Assembly (NCBI GenBank): GCA_020350085.1 | Contig: CP070706.1 | Location: forward strand, 3,865,620-3,900,399 | Source of the DNA: Acidobacteriota bacterium | GTDB lineage: Bacteria; Acidobacteriota; Polarisedimenticolia; J045 | Reading direction: 5' to 3' | DNA length: 34,780 nt | Shown here: piece by piece, positions 8,036-15,975 of the stretch | Numbering within the stretch: position 1 is the first letter of the stretch | Layout of the letters: every line of letters starts with the position of its first letter | Notes under the pieces: model-generated | What the model saw: the letters and a program-made list of their open reading frames with translations, nothing else | Told to the model about the DNA's origin: nothing | Database searches by the model: none | Made by a program: the position numbers and the translations under genes

Positions 8036-10924
8036 ATGAAGCGTTCGAAAGCCACGCACGAGATCGCCCCTCCCGCCGTTCTGCGCGGCCTCGCGATCGC
8101 GTTGTTCACGCTCTCGGGAGCCGCTGCGCTGACCGTCGAGGTGGTCTGGACCCGCTGGCTGACGCTCGCACTCGGCAGCAGCGCGCGAGCGACGGTGCTC
8201 GTGCTCGGGACGTTCATGCTCGGGCTCGGCCTCGGCTCGCTACTGGCGGGCCAGATCGGCGACCGGCGACCCGCCCGGGGCTTGATGCTCTTCGGCACGG
8301 CCGAGCTGCTCGTCGGTGGCTGGGCGCTGCTGTCCATCCGGCTTCTCGGTCAGGCTCTCCCGGAGTGGGCTGCCGCCGCGGCGCGGGCCGGCGGAGACGT
8401 GGCGCTCGCGCTACCTCTTCGTGCTTTTTTCGCTCTCGTGGCGCTGTTGGTACCGACGATCCTGATGGGTGCCACGCTGCCGTTGATCGGCCGCTGGGCG
8501 GTCGCCGTCGGTGGCCTGCCCGGGAGAGACATCGGCTGGTTGTATGCGCTGAATACCCTCGGAGGTGCGGCAGGCTGCCTGCTGGCTGCCTTCTGGCTGA
8601 TCGAGCGGCTCGGCCTGGCGGGCTCGGCCGCGGCGGCGGGAATGACCGACATCGGGGTCGGTCTGCTGGCTGTCGGCCTCGCTCTCGGCCTGGGTCGAGC
8701 GGGTGCCAGCGAGCGGGCGCGCCCCGAGCGGCCCCGCCCACGTCTCCGTGAGACCGACCGTCGAGCGCCGGCTCTCTCTTCAATGCCGGGTCCTGCGCCG
8801 GCGCTGTCGGCCGCCTTCGGCTTCGGCGTCAGCGGGATGGTCGGCCTGGGGCTGGAGGTGGTGTCGCACCGTGTGTTGTCGATCCTCGCCGGCTCGAGTG
8901 CCTACGCCTTCGCCGTCATGCTCGCGGCGTTCTTGTTCGGGATCGCGCTCGGCGGTCTGATCGGCTCGTGGCTGGCGGATCGAGTCGGTCAGCCCGGCGC
9001 CTGGCTCGCCGGCACGCTCGCGGGCCTCGCTCTCGGCGTCGGCATCGCGCGCTGGGTCTTTCATGCCGGCTGGTGGGAGCGCGCGGGCACGCTGGCGGAT
9101 GCTCTTCCCGGCCTGTCCTCGTGGAGCTACGGGCTAGAGATGGCGGGGTGTTTGCTGGCGCTGCTTCCCGCCACGCTGATGCTCGGGGCCGCGGTGCCGC
9201 TGGTGGCTCGGCTGGCGGGCGAGATTCCCGAGCGGCTCGCTCATCGCTTCGGCGCCGCGTACGCGTTCAATACGATCGGCGCCGTCGCCGGAGCGGCATG
9301 CGCTGGACTGCTGTTGGTGCCCTGGCTGGGCACGGCACGGAGCTTCTCCGTGCTGGCAGGCCTCGCGGGGACCGCCGGCGCGCTGCTCGTGGTGAGCGCC
9401 GTGCCGGCCGGGAGCCGCGGCCGACCGTCGCTCGTGGTGGTCGGCTTCACCGCGGCCGGAATGCTGCTCGGTATCGGCACCGACCCGGTGCGGGAAACGA
9501 TCCTCTCACGCGTCGGCCCGCACGAGTTGCTCGCGTTTCACGAGGGGCCTGTGCAAACCATCGCCGTCGTCGAGGAGCAGAACGATCAGCAGCTGCGATT
9601 TTTGCGCCTGCTGACCAATCGTACGAGCCTTACGGGAACACATCTCTACGCTCGCCGGTACATGAGCCTGCTCGGCCACCTGCCAGCGCTCTGGACCGAA
9701 GCGCCGCGACGCTCGCTCGTGATCTGCCTCGGAACCGGAATGACGGCGGCCGCACTCGCGACGCACCCCGATGTCGAGACGCTCGACATCGTCGAGATCT
9801 CCCCCGAAGTCGTGGCCGTGGCGCCGCTGTTCCGAGCGGTCAGCAACGACATCCTCGACGATCCCCGAACCCGGCTTCACGTCGAAGATGGCCGGCACGT
9901 GCTGCTGGCGGCCGCCGATTCGTGGGACCTGATTACGCTCGAGCCTCCCCCGCCCCGCGACTCCGGGGTCGTTTCGCTGTACTCGACGGATTTCTACCGT
10001 CTCGCGCGATCGCGTCTGAGTCCCAGGGGCGTTCTTGCGCAGTGGGTGCCATTGCATTCGCAATCACTGGAGGAGGTACGGGCGCTGGTGCGCTCGTTCG
10101 TCGACGAGTTCCCGCACGCGCTCGGCTTTCTGCCGGTCGAGCGCGAGCTGCTGCTTCTGGGCGCTGACACGCCTTTGCGGGTCGATCTCGGCAGCTTCGC
10201 CGAGCGGATCTCTCGAGACACCGTGCGGCGTTCTCTCGAGACGATCGGTCTCGCCGACGCGGCAGCTCTCTTGGCCACCGCAATGCTCGATCGGAATCAG
10301 CTCGTGGGCTTCGCGGGCCAGGCCGTCGCGGTCTCGGACGACAATCCGCTGGTCGAGTACTTCGCCCGATTCGGCAAGCGGCCGCCTCTGCCGGTGATCG
10401 ACGCCCTCGCTGCAACGCCGCTTCCGCTCGATGAACTGCTCAACCATCCGCCGCCGACTGTTTTCCGAGACGAGTTTACGCGCGCTCGCTCGGCGTTACG
10501 GGCGCTCTTGCGAGCCGGTTGGGAATCGGAGCGCGGCAACATGCAGCAGTGGGAACGAATGAGCCTGGAATCGCTCCGACTGCGGCCACACGACGCCTAT
10601 TTGCGGTGGGCGGCGGGGCTTTCTGACGAGCATCTGGCGCTCCACCGCCGCCGCGCCGAGCAGGCCTCGAAAGACCCCAGGCTGTGGCGCACGTTGGGCC
10701 GCAAGCTGGTGCTCGCGGGATCGTACGATGAGGCGTTGAGCGTTTACGAACGGGCCTACGAACTTGCGCCGGAAGACCCGATGTTGCTGCTCGAGTATGG
10801 TGACCTGCTCGTCGGTCCGGGAGGCCGGCCTGAACAGGGCCGCATCTTGCTCGAGCGGTTACTCCGCAGGCTCTCGCCGGACCATCCGCTGGTTGCCGAG
10901 ATTCGGCGGCGCATCGGGCGCTGA
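8036..10924 (+). CDS. Fused MFS-like polytopic membrane domain / spermidine-synthase-like (class I MTase fold) domain / C-terminal TPR protein
   Basis: The N-terminal ~480 aa contain many hydrophobic helices. The central region is spermidine-synthase-like (SLVICLGTGMTAAALATHPDVETLDIVEISPEVV...HVEDGRHVL...WDLITLEPPPP...LYSTDFY). The C-terminal helical repeats are TPR-like (GSYDEALSVYERAYELAPEDPMLLLEYGDLL). ATG 8036 has GGAG 6 nt upstream; GTG 8033 is also possible. Confidence 0.8.
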   Translation: MKRSKATHEIAPPAVLRGLAIALFTLSGAAALTVEVVWTRWLTLALGSSARATVLVLGTFMLGLGLGSLLAGQIGDRRPARGLMLFGTAELLVGGWALLSIRLLGQALPEWAAAAARAGGDVALALPLRAFFALVALLVPTILMGATLPLIGRWAVAVGGLPGRDIGWLYALNTLGGAAGCLLAAFWLIERLGLAGSAAAAGMTDIGVGLLAVGLALGLGRAGASERARPERPRPRLRETDRRAPALSSMPGPAPALSAAFGFGVSGMVGLGLEVVSHRVLSILAGSSAYAFAVMLAAFLFGIALGGLIGSWLADRVGQPGAWLAGTLAGLALGVGIARWVFHAGWWERAGTLADALPGLSSWSYGLEMAGCLLALLPATLMLGAAVPLVARLAGEIPERLAHRFGAAYAFNTIGAVAGAACAGLLLVPWLGTARSFSVLAGLAGTAGALLVVSAVPAGSRGRPSLVVVGFTAAGMLLGIGTDPVRETILSRVGPHELLAFHEGPVQTIAVVEEQNDQQLRFLRLLTNRTSLTGTHLYARRYMSLLGHLPALWTEAPRRSLVICLGTGMTAAALATHPDVETLDIVEISPEVVAVAPLFRAVSNDILDDPRTRLHVEDGRHVLLAAADSWDLITLEPPPPRDSGVVSLYSTDFYRLARSRLSPRGVLAQWVPLHSQSLEEVRALVRSFVDEFPHALGFLPVERELLLLGADTPLRVDLGSFAERISRDTVRRSLETIGLADAAALLATAMLDRNQLVGFAGQAVAVSDDNPLVEYFARFGKRPPLPVIDALAATPLPLDELLNHPPPTVFRDEFTRARSALRALLRAGWESERGNMQQWERMSLESLRLRPHDAYLRWAAGLSDEHLALHRRRAEQASKDPRLWRTLGRKLVLAGSYDEALSVYERAYELAPEDPMLLLEYGDLLVGPGGRPEQGRILLERLLRRLSPDHPLVAEIRRRIGR

Positions 10925-11011
10925 GCAGATCCGCCGGTCAGCATCGTCTTGCCGACTCGCGCCGGCCGCGGAGGATTCGTGTTTTCGCGCTTGCAGGCAC
11001 CGGGAGCGATC

Positions 11012-11040
11012 TTGACGGACCTGCCGGCAGGTCCTACCCT
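11012..11040 (+). promoter_or_regulatory. Sigma70-like promoter candidate for tRNA-Leu, with a palindromic spacer
   Basis: TTGACG (11012-11017), a 17-nt spacer, then TACCCT (11035-11040), about 40 nt upstream of the tRNA. The spacer is essentially the perfect 18-bp palindrome GGACCTGCCGGCAGGTCC (11017-11034). Confidence 0.3.
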
Positions 11041-11080
11041 GATGCGCTCCGGGGAATCACAACCCCGAACGTCTCTGCTG

Positions 11081-11167
11081 GCCGAAGTGGCGGAATTGGC
11101 AGACGCGCATGGTTCAGGACCATGTGCCCAATAGGGCGTGCCGGTTCGAGTCCGGCCTTCGGCACCA
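11081..11167 (+). tRNA. tRNA-Leu (anticodon CAG), class II with long variable arm, genomically encoded CCA
   Basis: Acceptor stem GCCGAAG/CTTCGGC. D-arm region GGCGGAATTGGCAGACGC. Anticodon stem-loop CATGG-TTCAGGA-CCATG gives anticodon CAG. Long variable arm TGCCCAATAGGGCG. T-arm GCCGG-TTCGAGT-CCGGC. Discriminator A followed by CCA. Confidence 0.93.
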
Positions 11168-11267
11168 GTTGATGGCTCGCTGGTTTCTCGCCAACGCCCT
11201 GCTTCACGCGTTGCGGTGCCGGGATCTCGATGGGGCGAGGGCTCGAAGCTGCGAGCTCCTCCGAAGC

Positions 11268-11885
11268 TCAGACATCGCCAGGATCTTCCTCGTCGGCCCG
11301 GCGGGCGGCTTCGAGCAGCAACAGCTGAGGGTCGATGGCAATCTGGGCATCTGCGTGGGGCAAGCGGCTGCTTACCGTGCGGAATCGGAAGATGCCACGC
11401 CCCCAGCCGAGCATTCTCGTCGTGTGCGCCTTCATCTGTTCGCTGAGCGCCTCGGCCAGCAGGACGGGAGCCAGGGCCTGCATCTCCACCAAGACCTCGC
11501 CCAGCGGTCTCCAAGCGGCAGCCGCGGCCTGCCGGCGCAGACCCTCGTGCAGTTCCTCAGCCTCCACCGCGTAGCGACGCAGCAGAATCGCGCCCAGCGT
11601 CTCCGATGAGGGCGTGACTCGCGCCCGCGCGACGCGCCCGCCGCGAAGCTCCAACTCACCTCGCTCGGGGGGCATCTCCCGCTCGACGATCAGCACGCCG
11701 TCCTGACCGGAAGCAGCGATCACTTGCAGCGCGTCGGCAAGGGAGATGGCCTCGAGCCGTCCCGACAGCACGAGCGAGCTGGCCGATCTCGACGACGTGC
11801 GAGCCGATGCTCTGCTGCGGTTTCGTTCGACCTCGTGGGCAGCTCTCACCCGACCTCCGGAGCCGGCACGTCGTCCGAGCCGCAC
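11268..11885 (-). CDS. DUF4388 (PatA-N/PATAN-like) domain protein
   Basis: LSGRLEAISLADALQVIAASGQDGVLIVE...GELELRGGRVARA matches the DUF4388 signature (L.G.L..i.l.dllQ.l...g.tG.L.v......G.i.f..G.iv.A). The C-terminal half has LGxxL...L..AL..Q-type helical repeats. The true start may be the internal GTG at 11771, since the first ~38 residues are R/S-rich. Confidence 0.6.
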   Translation of the reverse strand: MRLGRRAGSGGRVRAAHEVERNRSRASARTSSRSASSLVLSGRLEAISLADALQVIAASGQDGVLIVEREMPPERGELELRGGRVARARVTPSSETLGAILLRRYAVEAEELHEGLRRQAAAAAWRPLGEVLVEMQALAPVLLAEALSEQMKAHTTRMLGWGRGIFRFRTVSSRLPHADAQIAIDPQLLLLEAARRADEEDPGDV

Positions 11886-11971
11886 CCCCCGGACCGGGCC
11901 GGCGGTGCTCCTCGTCGATCACTTGCGAAGCAGAACGTAGGTTTGCGAGCGGTCACGGGCAATCGCGGAGC

Positions 11972-12562
11972 TCAGCCTGGCCTCGGCTGTCTTTTGACCG
12001 CCACCTCGCGCAGCCCGTCACGACGCAGGTAAATCTCGTCGACTCGCATCGGGCGCATCAACGAGTCGATCTCGCGATTGCTGCGCGGACGCGAGGCCGA
12101 CGACGAGCCCGGAACCGGGGTCAAGCGCAGGCGCCCGTCTCTGGCGACATCCAGTCGGAATCTCGGAATCGTCCGGCCTGTGCCACGACGGACAAGCAAG
12201 AACACTCTTCCCCCGGGTCGCAGGATGCGCCGCCACTCGCGGCTCAGCTCGCGAGCCTCGTCGTCGTCGAGCATGTCCAGCACGTCGCTGGCCAGAATGA
12301 GATCGAAGCTCTCATCGGGGTAGGCCAGCGGCGGCGTGAGTCGGTCCTCGCCTTCGACCGTGACGTGCGCTCCCGCGGCGCTGAAGGTCTCGATGGACTC
12401 TCCGGACGGCGGGCCGAGCAGCAAGACGTGTGTCTCGCGGCCCTGTTCCGAGCGCCGGCCGACCAGCTCGAGAACCTCCGTGATGATGCGCGAGGGAGAC
12501 AACATGGCGGCGCCCGGCATGGAAAGAAGATCTCCACCTGAGCGCCGCCGAAACATTCGCAT
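11972..12562 (-). CDS. Class I SAM-dependent methyltransferase-like protein (Methyltransf_11-like)
   Basis: VLLLGPPSGESIETFSAAGAHVTVEG (motif I/post-I region), FDLILASDVLDMLDDDEARELSREWRRILRPGGRVFLLV (motifs II-III). Motif I is degenerate (GPPSG instead of GxGxG). Confidence 0.7.
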   Translation of the reverse strand: MRMFRRRSGGDLLSMPGAAMLSPSRIITEVLELVGRRSEQGRETHVLLLGPPSGESIETFSAAGAHVTVEGEDRLTPPLAYPDESFDLILASDVLDMLDDDEARELSREWRRILRPGGRVFLLVRRGTGRTIPRFRLDVARDGRLRLTPVPGSSSASRPRSNREIDSLMRPMRVDEIYLRRDGLREVAVKRQPRPG

Positions 12563-12640
12563 CGACCCTAAAGACCCTTACAGCGCATGGAGCCCCTGCG
12601 GCCCAGACCGTCCAGACCGTGATTCAGCCACACCGACGGA

Positions 12641-13186
12641 TCAGGACGAGACGCCGACCGGCTTGGCCGTGCCGCTACTGGGGACGCTCTTGTCCGCAGT
12701 CTGCGGCTTGGCTGTCGCAGGTGCCGGAGCTCCGCTGGGTGCGCGCTTGCTCCGATCCATGTCAACGCTGCCCTTGAATTGCGCACCGTCGGCAATGACG
12801 ATCCGTGGCGAGACGATATCGCCGTTGAGCGTGCTGCCCGCAGCGAGCTCGAGTCGCTCTCCGGCGACGACGTCACCTTTGACCGTACCCTCGACTCGGA
12901 TCGACTTGGCCTCGAGGGTCGCTGCGATGTGCGCCTGCTTGCCGATCGTCAGATGATGGTCCCGCAGACGGACCACACCCTCGATGCGACCTTCGATGAC
13001 CAAGTCCTCGCTTCCGATGAGCTCACCTTTGACCTGAATCGATGGTCCGATGATCGCCTTGCGTTCCTCCATACCGACACCTCTTGCGGGGGCCTGACCG
13101 GTCGTCGAGCGAGCCGGCTTGGGCGTCTCCGCGGGAGTGGCCGTCGAGCGGCTCTCGTCTTGTTCTTTGCGACCCCACATGGCCAT
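12641..13186 (-). CDS. Bactofilin (polymer-forming cytoskeletal protein, DUF583 core)
   Basis: The core beta-helix repeat is IIGPSIQVKGELIGSEDLVIEGRIEGVVRLRDHHLTIGKQAHIAATLEAKSIRVEGTVKGDVVAGERLELAAGSTLNGDIVSPRIVIADGAQFKGSV, flanked by disordered P/A/T-rich N- and C-termini. A perfect AGGAGG lies 7 nt upstream of the ATG at 13186. Confidence 0.9.
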   Translation of the reverse strand: MAMWGRKEQDESRSTATPAETPKPARSTTGQAPARGVGMEERKAIIGPSIQVKGELIGSEDLVIEGRIEGVVRLRDHHLTIGKQAHIAATLEAKSIRVEGTVKGDVVAGERLELAAGSTLNGDIVSPRIVIADGAQFKGSVDMDRSKRAPSGAPAPATAKPQTADKSVPSSGTAKPVGVSS

Positions 13187-13273
13187 ACCTTGCCTCCTAG
13201 CAGTCGTCGCGGCCGTGGATTGGGCGGACCGACGGCAATGCGTCGCGGCGTCGTAAAAGGGCGCGTTCCGTCA

Positions 13274-14362
13274 TCAAGACGCCGACTCGCTCGGGAAGCG
13301 CTCGATCAGCTTTCGCATCGAAATGCCGGCCTCCCGCTTGACGAGCCCGTCACGGTCCTCGTAGAAGGCCTTGTCGAGAACCTCCATGCTCTCGCGGCGC
13401 CCCACGTCGCCAAGAATGCGCGCTGCTTCGGCTCGGGCGAGTTCCGATCGAGCGCGCAGCGTACGGTCTTCGAGAAAAGCCACCGCTGCCTTGTCGCCCA
13501 TGAGCGCCAGGCAGTGAGCCATCACGACCGCCGCCAAGTCATCTTCTTCTATCGCCAGCGCTTGCTCAATCACCTCGCGCGCGCGGTCTCCTTGTAGCTG
13601 CATGACGGCCCACGCAGCTTTGCCTCGCGTGACCGCATCGAAGTCCTGCAGCGCCTCGAGGACAGTCGCCAGCCCCTTCGGATCCCCGATCTCGCCGAGC
13701 GCCTCCACCGCCCACGATCGGTTGCGGTTGTTGTCGGTGTGGTAGACCTCGATCAGTGAATCGACGGCGCGCGGATCACCGAGTCGCCCGAGGGTCATTA
13801 CGGAGGCGTTGCGAATGTTCTCGTCGTAATCATTGGCCAATCGCTGCAACAAGAAGTCGATGCCGGCGGGCTGCTTGACGACGGCCAGCGAAGTCGTCAC
13901 GGTGCGGCGCACCTCGAGAGCTGGATCGTCGCCGGGCCCGCGCGGTAACGCCTGCTCACCCATGCGAACGAGCACCTCCGCGGCGTCTGGGTAGAACTCC
14001 GGCTCGACGTCGCGAAGAGCCTGGGCCACCGCCACGCGCACGAGCAAGCTCTCGTGCTCGATGAAGCGCGCGAGGGCGTCGACGGCCCGCTTCGTGCCGA
14101 TGCGACCGAGAGCATCGACGGCGTTGATCTGCACCAGCTCGGGCTGCGTCTCGATCGCCTCCACCAGCGTCGCGATGTTCTCGTTGGCGCCACGCTTGCC
14201 GAGCTGGGCCGCAGCGAGCGCCTTCTCGTCCGGGGTACCGCCGCCGAGCCCGCCGCCGCACGCTGCGAGCAAGCCAGCGCAGACGAGCAGCAGCACGATC
14301 CCCGTCAATCGCGGAGTCTGGCGGCCACCGCCCTCCGCGCCACCTCCGTCGTTGCGCATCAC
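13274..14362 (-). CDS. HEAT-repeat (PBS-lyase-type) lipoprotein
   Basis: Signal with lipobox LLAAC. Multiple HEAT-like repeats follow (AVDALGRIGTKRAVDALARFIEHESLLVRVAVAQALRDV; NASVMTLGRLGDPRAVDSLIEV; WAVEALGEIGDPKGLATVLEAL; AARILGDVGRRESMEVL). The start is GTG 14362 or ATG 14359. Confidence 0.8.
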   Translation of the reverse strand: MMRNDGGGAEGGGRQTPRLTGIVLLLVCAGLLAACGGGLGGGTPDEKALAAAQLGKRGANENIATLVEAIETQPELVQINAVDALGRIGTKRAVDALARFIEHESLLVRVAVAQALRDVEPEFYPDAAEVLVRMGEQALPRGPGDDPALEVRRTVTTSLAVVKQPAGIDFLLQRLANDYDENIRNASVMTLGRLGDPRAVDSLIEVYHTDNNRNRSWAVEALGEIGDPKGLATVLEALQDFDAVTRGKAAWAVMQLQGDRAREVIEQALAIEEDDLAAVVMAHCLALMGDKAAVAFLEDRTLRARSELARAEAARILGDVGRRESMEVLDKAFYEDRDGLVKREAGISMRKLIERFPSESAS

Positions 14363-14394
14363 GTCTCCCTGGCTGAGTATTCGGCGCAGTCGAA

Positions 14395-15975
14395 GTGCGG
14401 GGGTATCTTAGTGGCGTGCTTCGCTCGGGGGCAAATCTGTGGCGACGGAATCCCGGCCGCCTCGCGGCGTCTTGCCTGCTGTCGGCGCTCGTCACACTGA
14501 CGGGCTCGGGCGCCGCCAGCGCTGAACGAGACCCGCTCACCGAGTGGATCAAGGGGCCCGTTCGCTATCTGATGTCGCGGAAAGAGGCGCGCCTGTTCAA
14601 GCGCCTGGAGACCGACCCGGAGCGGCTCGAGTTCATCCGCCGATTCTGGGAGCGGCGAGATCCCGACCCCCGCACGCCAGAAAACGAGGCCCGGCTGGCT
14701 TTCTGGTTCCGCGTCTCGCAGGCCAACCGGCAGTTCGCCGACACCCCGGCACCCGGCTGGCGAACGGACCGCGGAAAGATCTTCATTCTGCTGGGGCCGC
14801 CCGACGATATCGAGCGTGCTCACGATTACGACACGCAGCAGCGGGAGATCGCCGCGCGCGGTCTGATGCGCTGGCACTACTACGGGCTCGAGCGGGCGGC
14901 GATTCGCGCCGTGACGGTGATCGCGTTCGTTCGAGACAGCGACGACGACTGGCGCCTGACGGCGGACCCGAAGCTATCGAGCGTTTTTCTCGACCTCAAC
15001 AGCCCGTATTCGGAGGCCCTTCCGCCGACGATCGAGCTGCTGCTCGATCAGATCCCCTATGGCGGGGGCACGATGAGCACCGCCATGGACCTCGGGCGCC
15101 TGCAGGAAGTCCCGACGGAGCGGGACATGCTGCGCTCGGCCGTGCGCTCGGAGCAGTTCCTCGGCACCTACGACGGCCGTGCGGCGGTCCACTCGTTGGT
15201 CGACACGGCGGACACGGCCCTGCTCGCGGTGACAGTCGCGCTGCCCAAGAACCAGCTGCGTCCCGAATGGGACGGCTCGCCGATCGGACTCTCCCAACGC
15301 TTCAGCATCTCCGCGGAGCTGCGTCCAGCTTCGCCAGAGACGATCGAAGTCGGCACGATCGAATTCCCCGAAGCCTCCTTCATCGCGGAACCGGCTCCGC
15401 AAAGCGACGATCCTTGGATCCGATTTCAGGCCGTGCGCGCCGTGCCCGCTGGAAGCTGGCGATTGTCCGCGCTTGCGTTCGACCGGCCTGGAGGCGGTGC
15501 TGCCGTCATTCATCGCGACGTGACGGTCGAAGCTCCGCCGGTGCGCGGACCACGGGTCAACGGGCCGATTCTCGCTCGATCGCTCATCGAAGCGGGCGGA
15601 CCGGCGGACGAAGGAACCGTCCCGTTCAGGCTGCGCGACTATCTGGTGATTCCCCGCGTGGATCATACGCTGTCGATCGAGGACCCGTTCGCGATCTACA
15701 TCGAGGTTTTCGAGCCGCCAGCAATCGCTCAGCCAGTCGGTCTCGAGTGGCAGTTCTGGCGGCTCGGCGAGGACGAGCGTGCCACGGCGCTCGGTCAGCC
15801 GGGACGTCTTGATGACGGGCGAGGGCCGCGAGCGTGGCAATTCGAGCCGGGCCGTTTCGCGCCAGGGAGCTACCGCGTCGTCTTCACGGCAACGGTGCCC
15901 GACGGTCAGCCTTTGATCCGCTCGCTCGAGTTCGTCGTCAAGGACTCGCCGGCGGCGTTGCGGCGGGGGAGTTGA
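14395..15975 (+). CDS. GWxTD domain-containing secreted protein
   Basis: N-terminal signal (LAASCLLSALVTLTGSGAASA). The GWxTD region reads FIRRFWERRDPDPRTPENEARLAFWFRVSQANRQF...PGWRTDRGKIFILLGPPDDIE. The start at 14395 is GTG, and later in-frame GTG/CTG starts are possible. Confidence 0.8.
   Translation: MRGYLSGVLRSGANLWRRNPGRLAASCLLSALVTLTGSGAASAERDPLTEWIKGPVRYLMSRKEARLFKRLETDPERLEFIRRFWERRDPDPRTPENEARLAFWFRVSQANRQFADTPAPGWRTDRGKIFILLGPPDDIERAHDYDTQQREIAARGLMRWHYYGLERAAIRAVTVIAFVRDSDDDWRLTADPKLSSVFLDLNSPYSEALPPTIELLLDQIPYGGGTMSTAMDLGRLQEVPTERDMLRSAVRSEQFLGTYDGRAAVHSLVDTADTALLAVTVALPKNQLRPEWDGSPIGLSQRFSISAELRPASPETIEVGTIEFPEASFIAEPAPQSDDPWIRFQAVRAVPAGSWRLSALAFDRPGGGAAVIHRDVTVEAPPVRGPRVNGPILARSLIEAGGPADEGTVPFRLRDYLVIPRVDHTLSIEDPFAIYIEVFEPPAIAQPVGLEWQFWRLGEDERATALGQPGRLDDGRGPRAWQFEPGRFAPGSYRVVFTATVPDGQPLIRSLEFVVKDSPAALRRGS

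Noticed and set aside
7453-8751. ORF 7453..8751 (+, 432 aa) and the rnr extension up to 8337
   Set aside because: Both are R/A/P/G-rich and bridge the divergent intergenic region. They conflict with the RNase R N-terminus and with the membrane protein starting at 8033/8036.
8968-10167. ORF 8968..10167 (+, 399 aa) and other alternative-frame ORFs inside the fused spermidine-synthase gene
   Set aside because: The translations are Arg-rich nonsense. The in-frame 963-aa product has coherent TM, SpeE-like and TPR segments.
10756-11514. ORF 10756..11514 (-, 252 aa) running across the tRNA-Leu gene
   Set aside because: It overlaps a canonical tRNA and the 3' end of a real CDS, and it is low-complexity R/G/P/S-rich.
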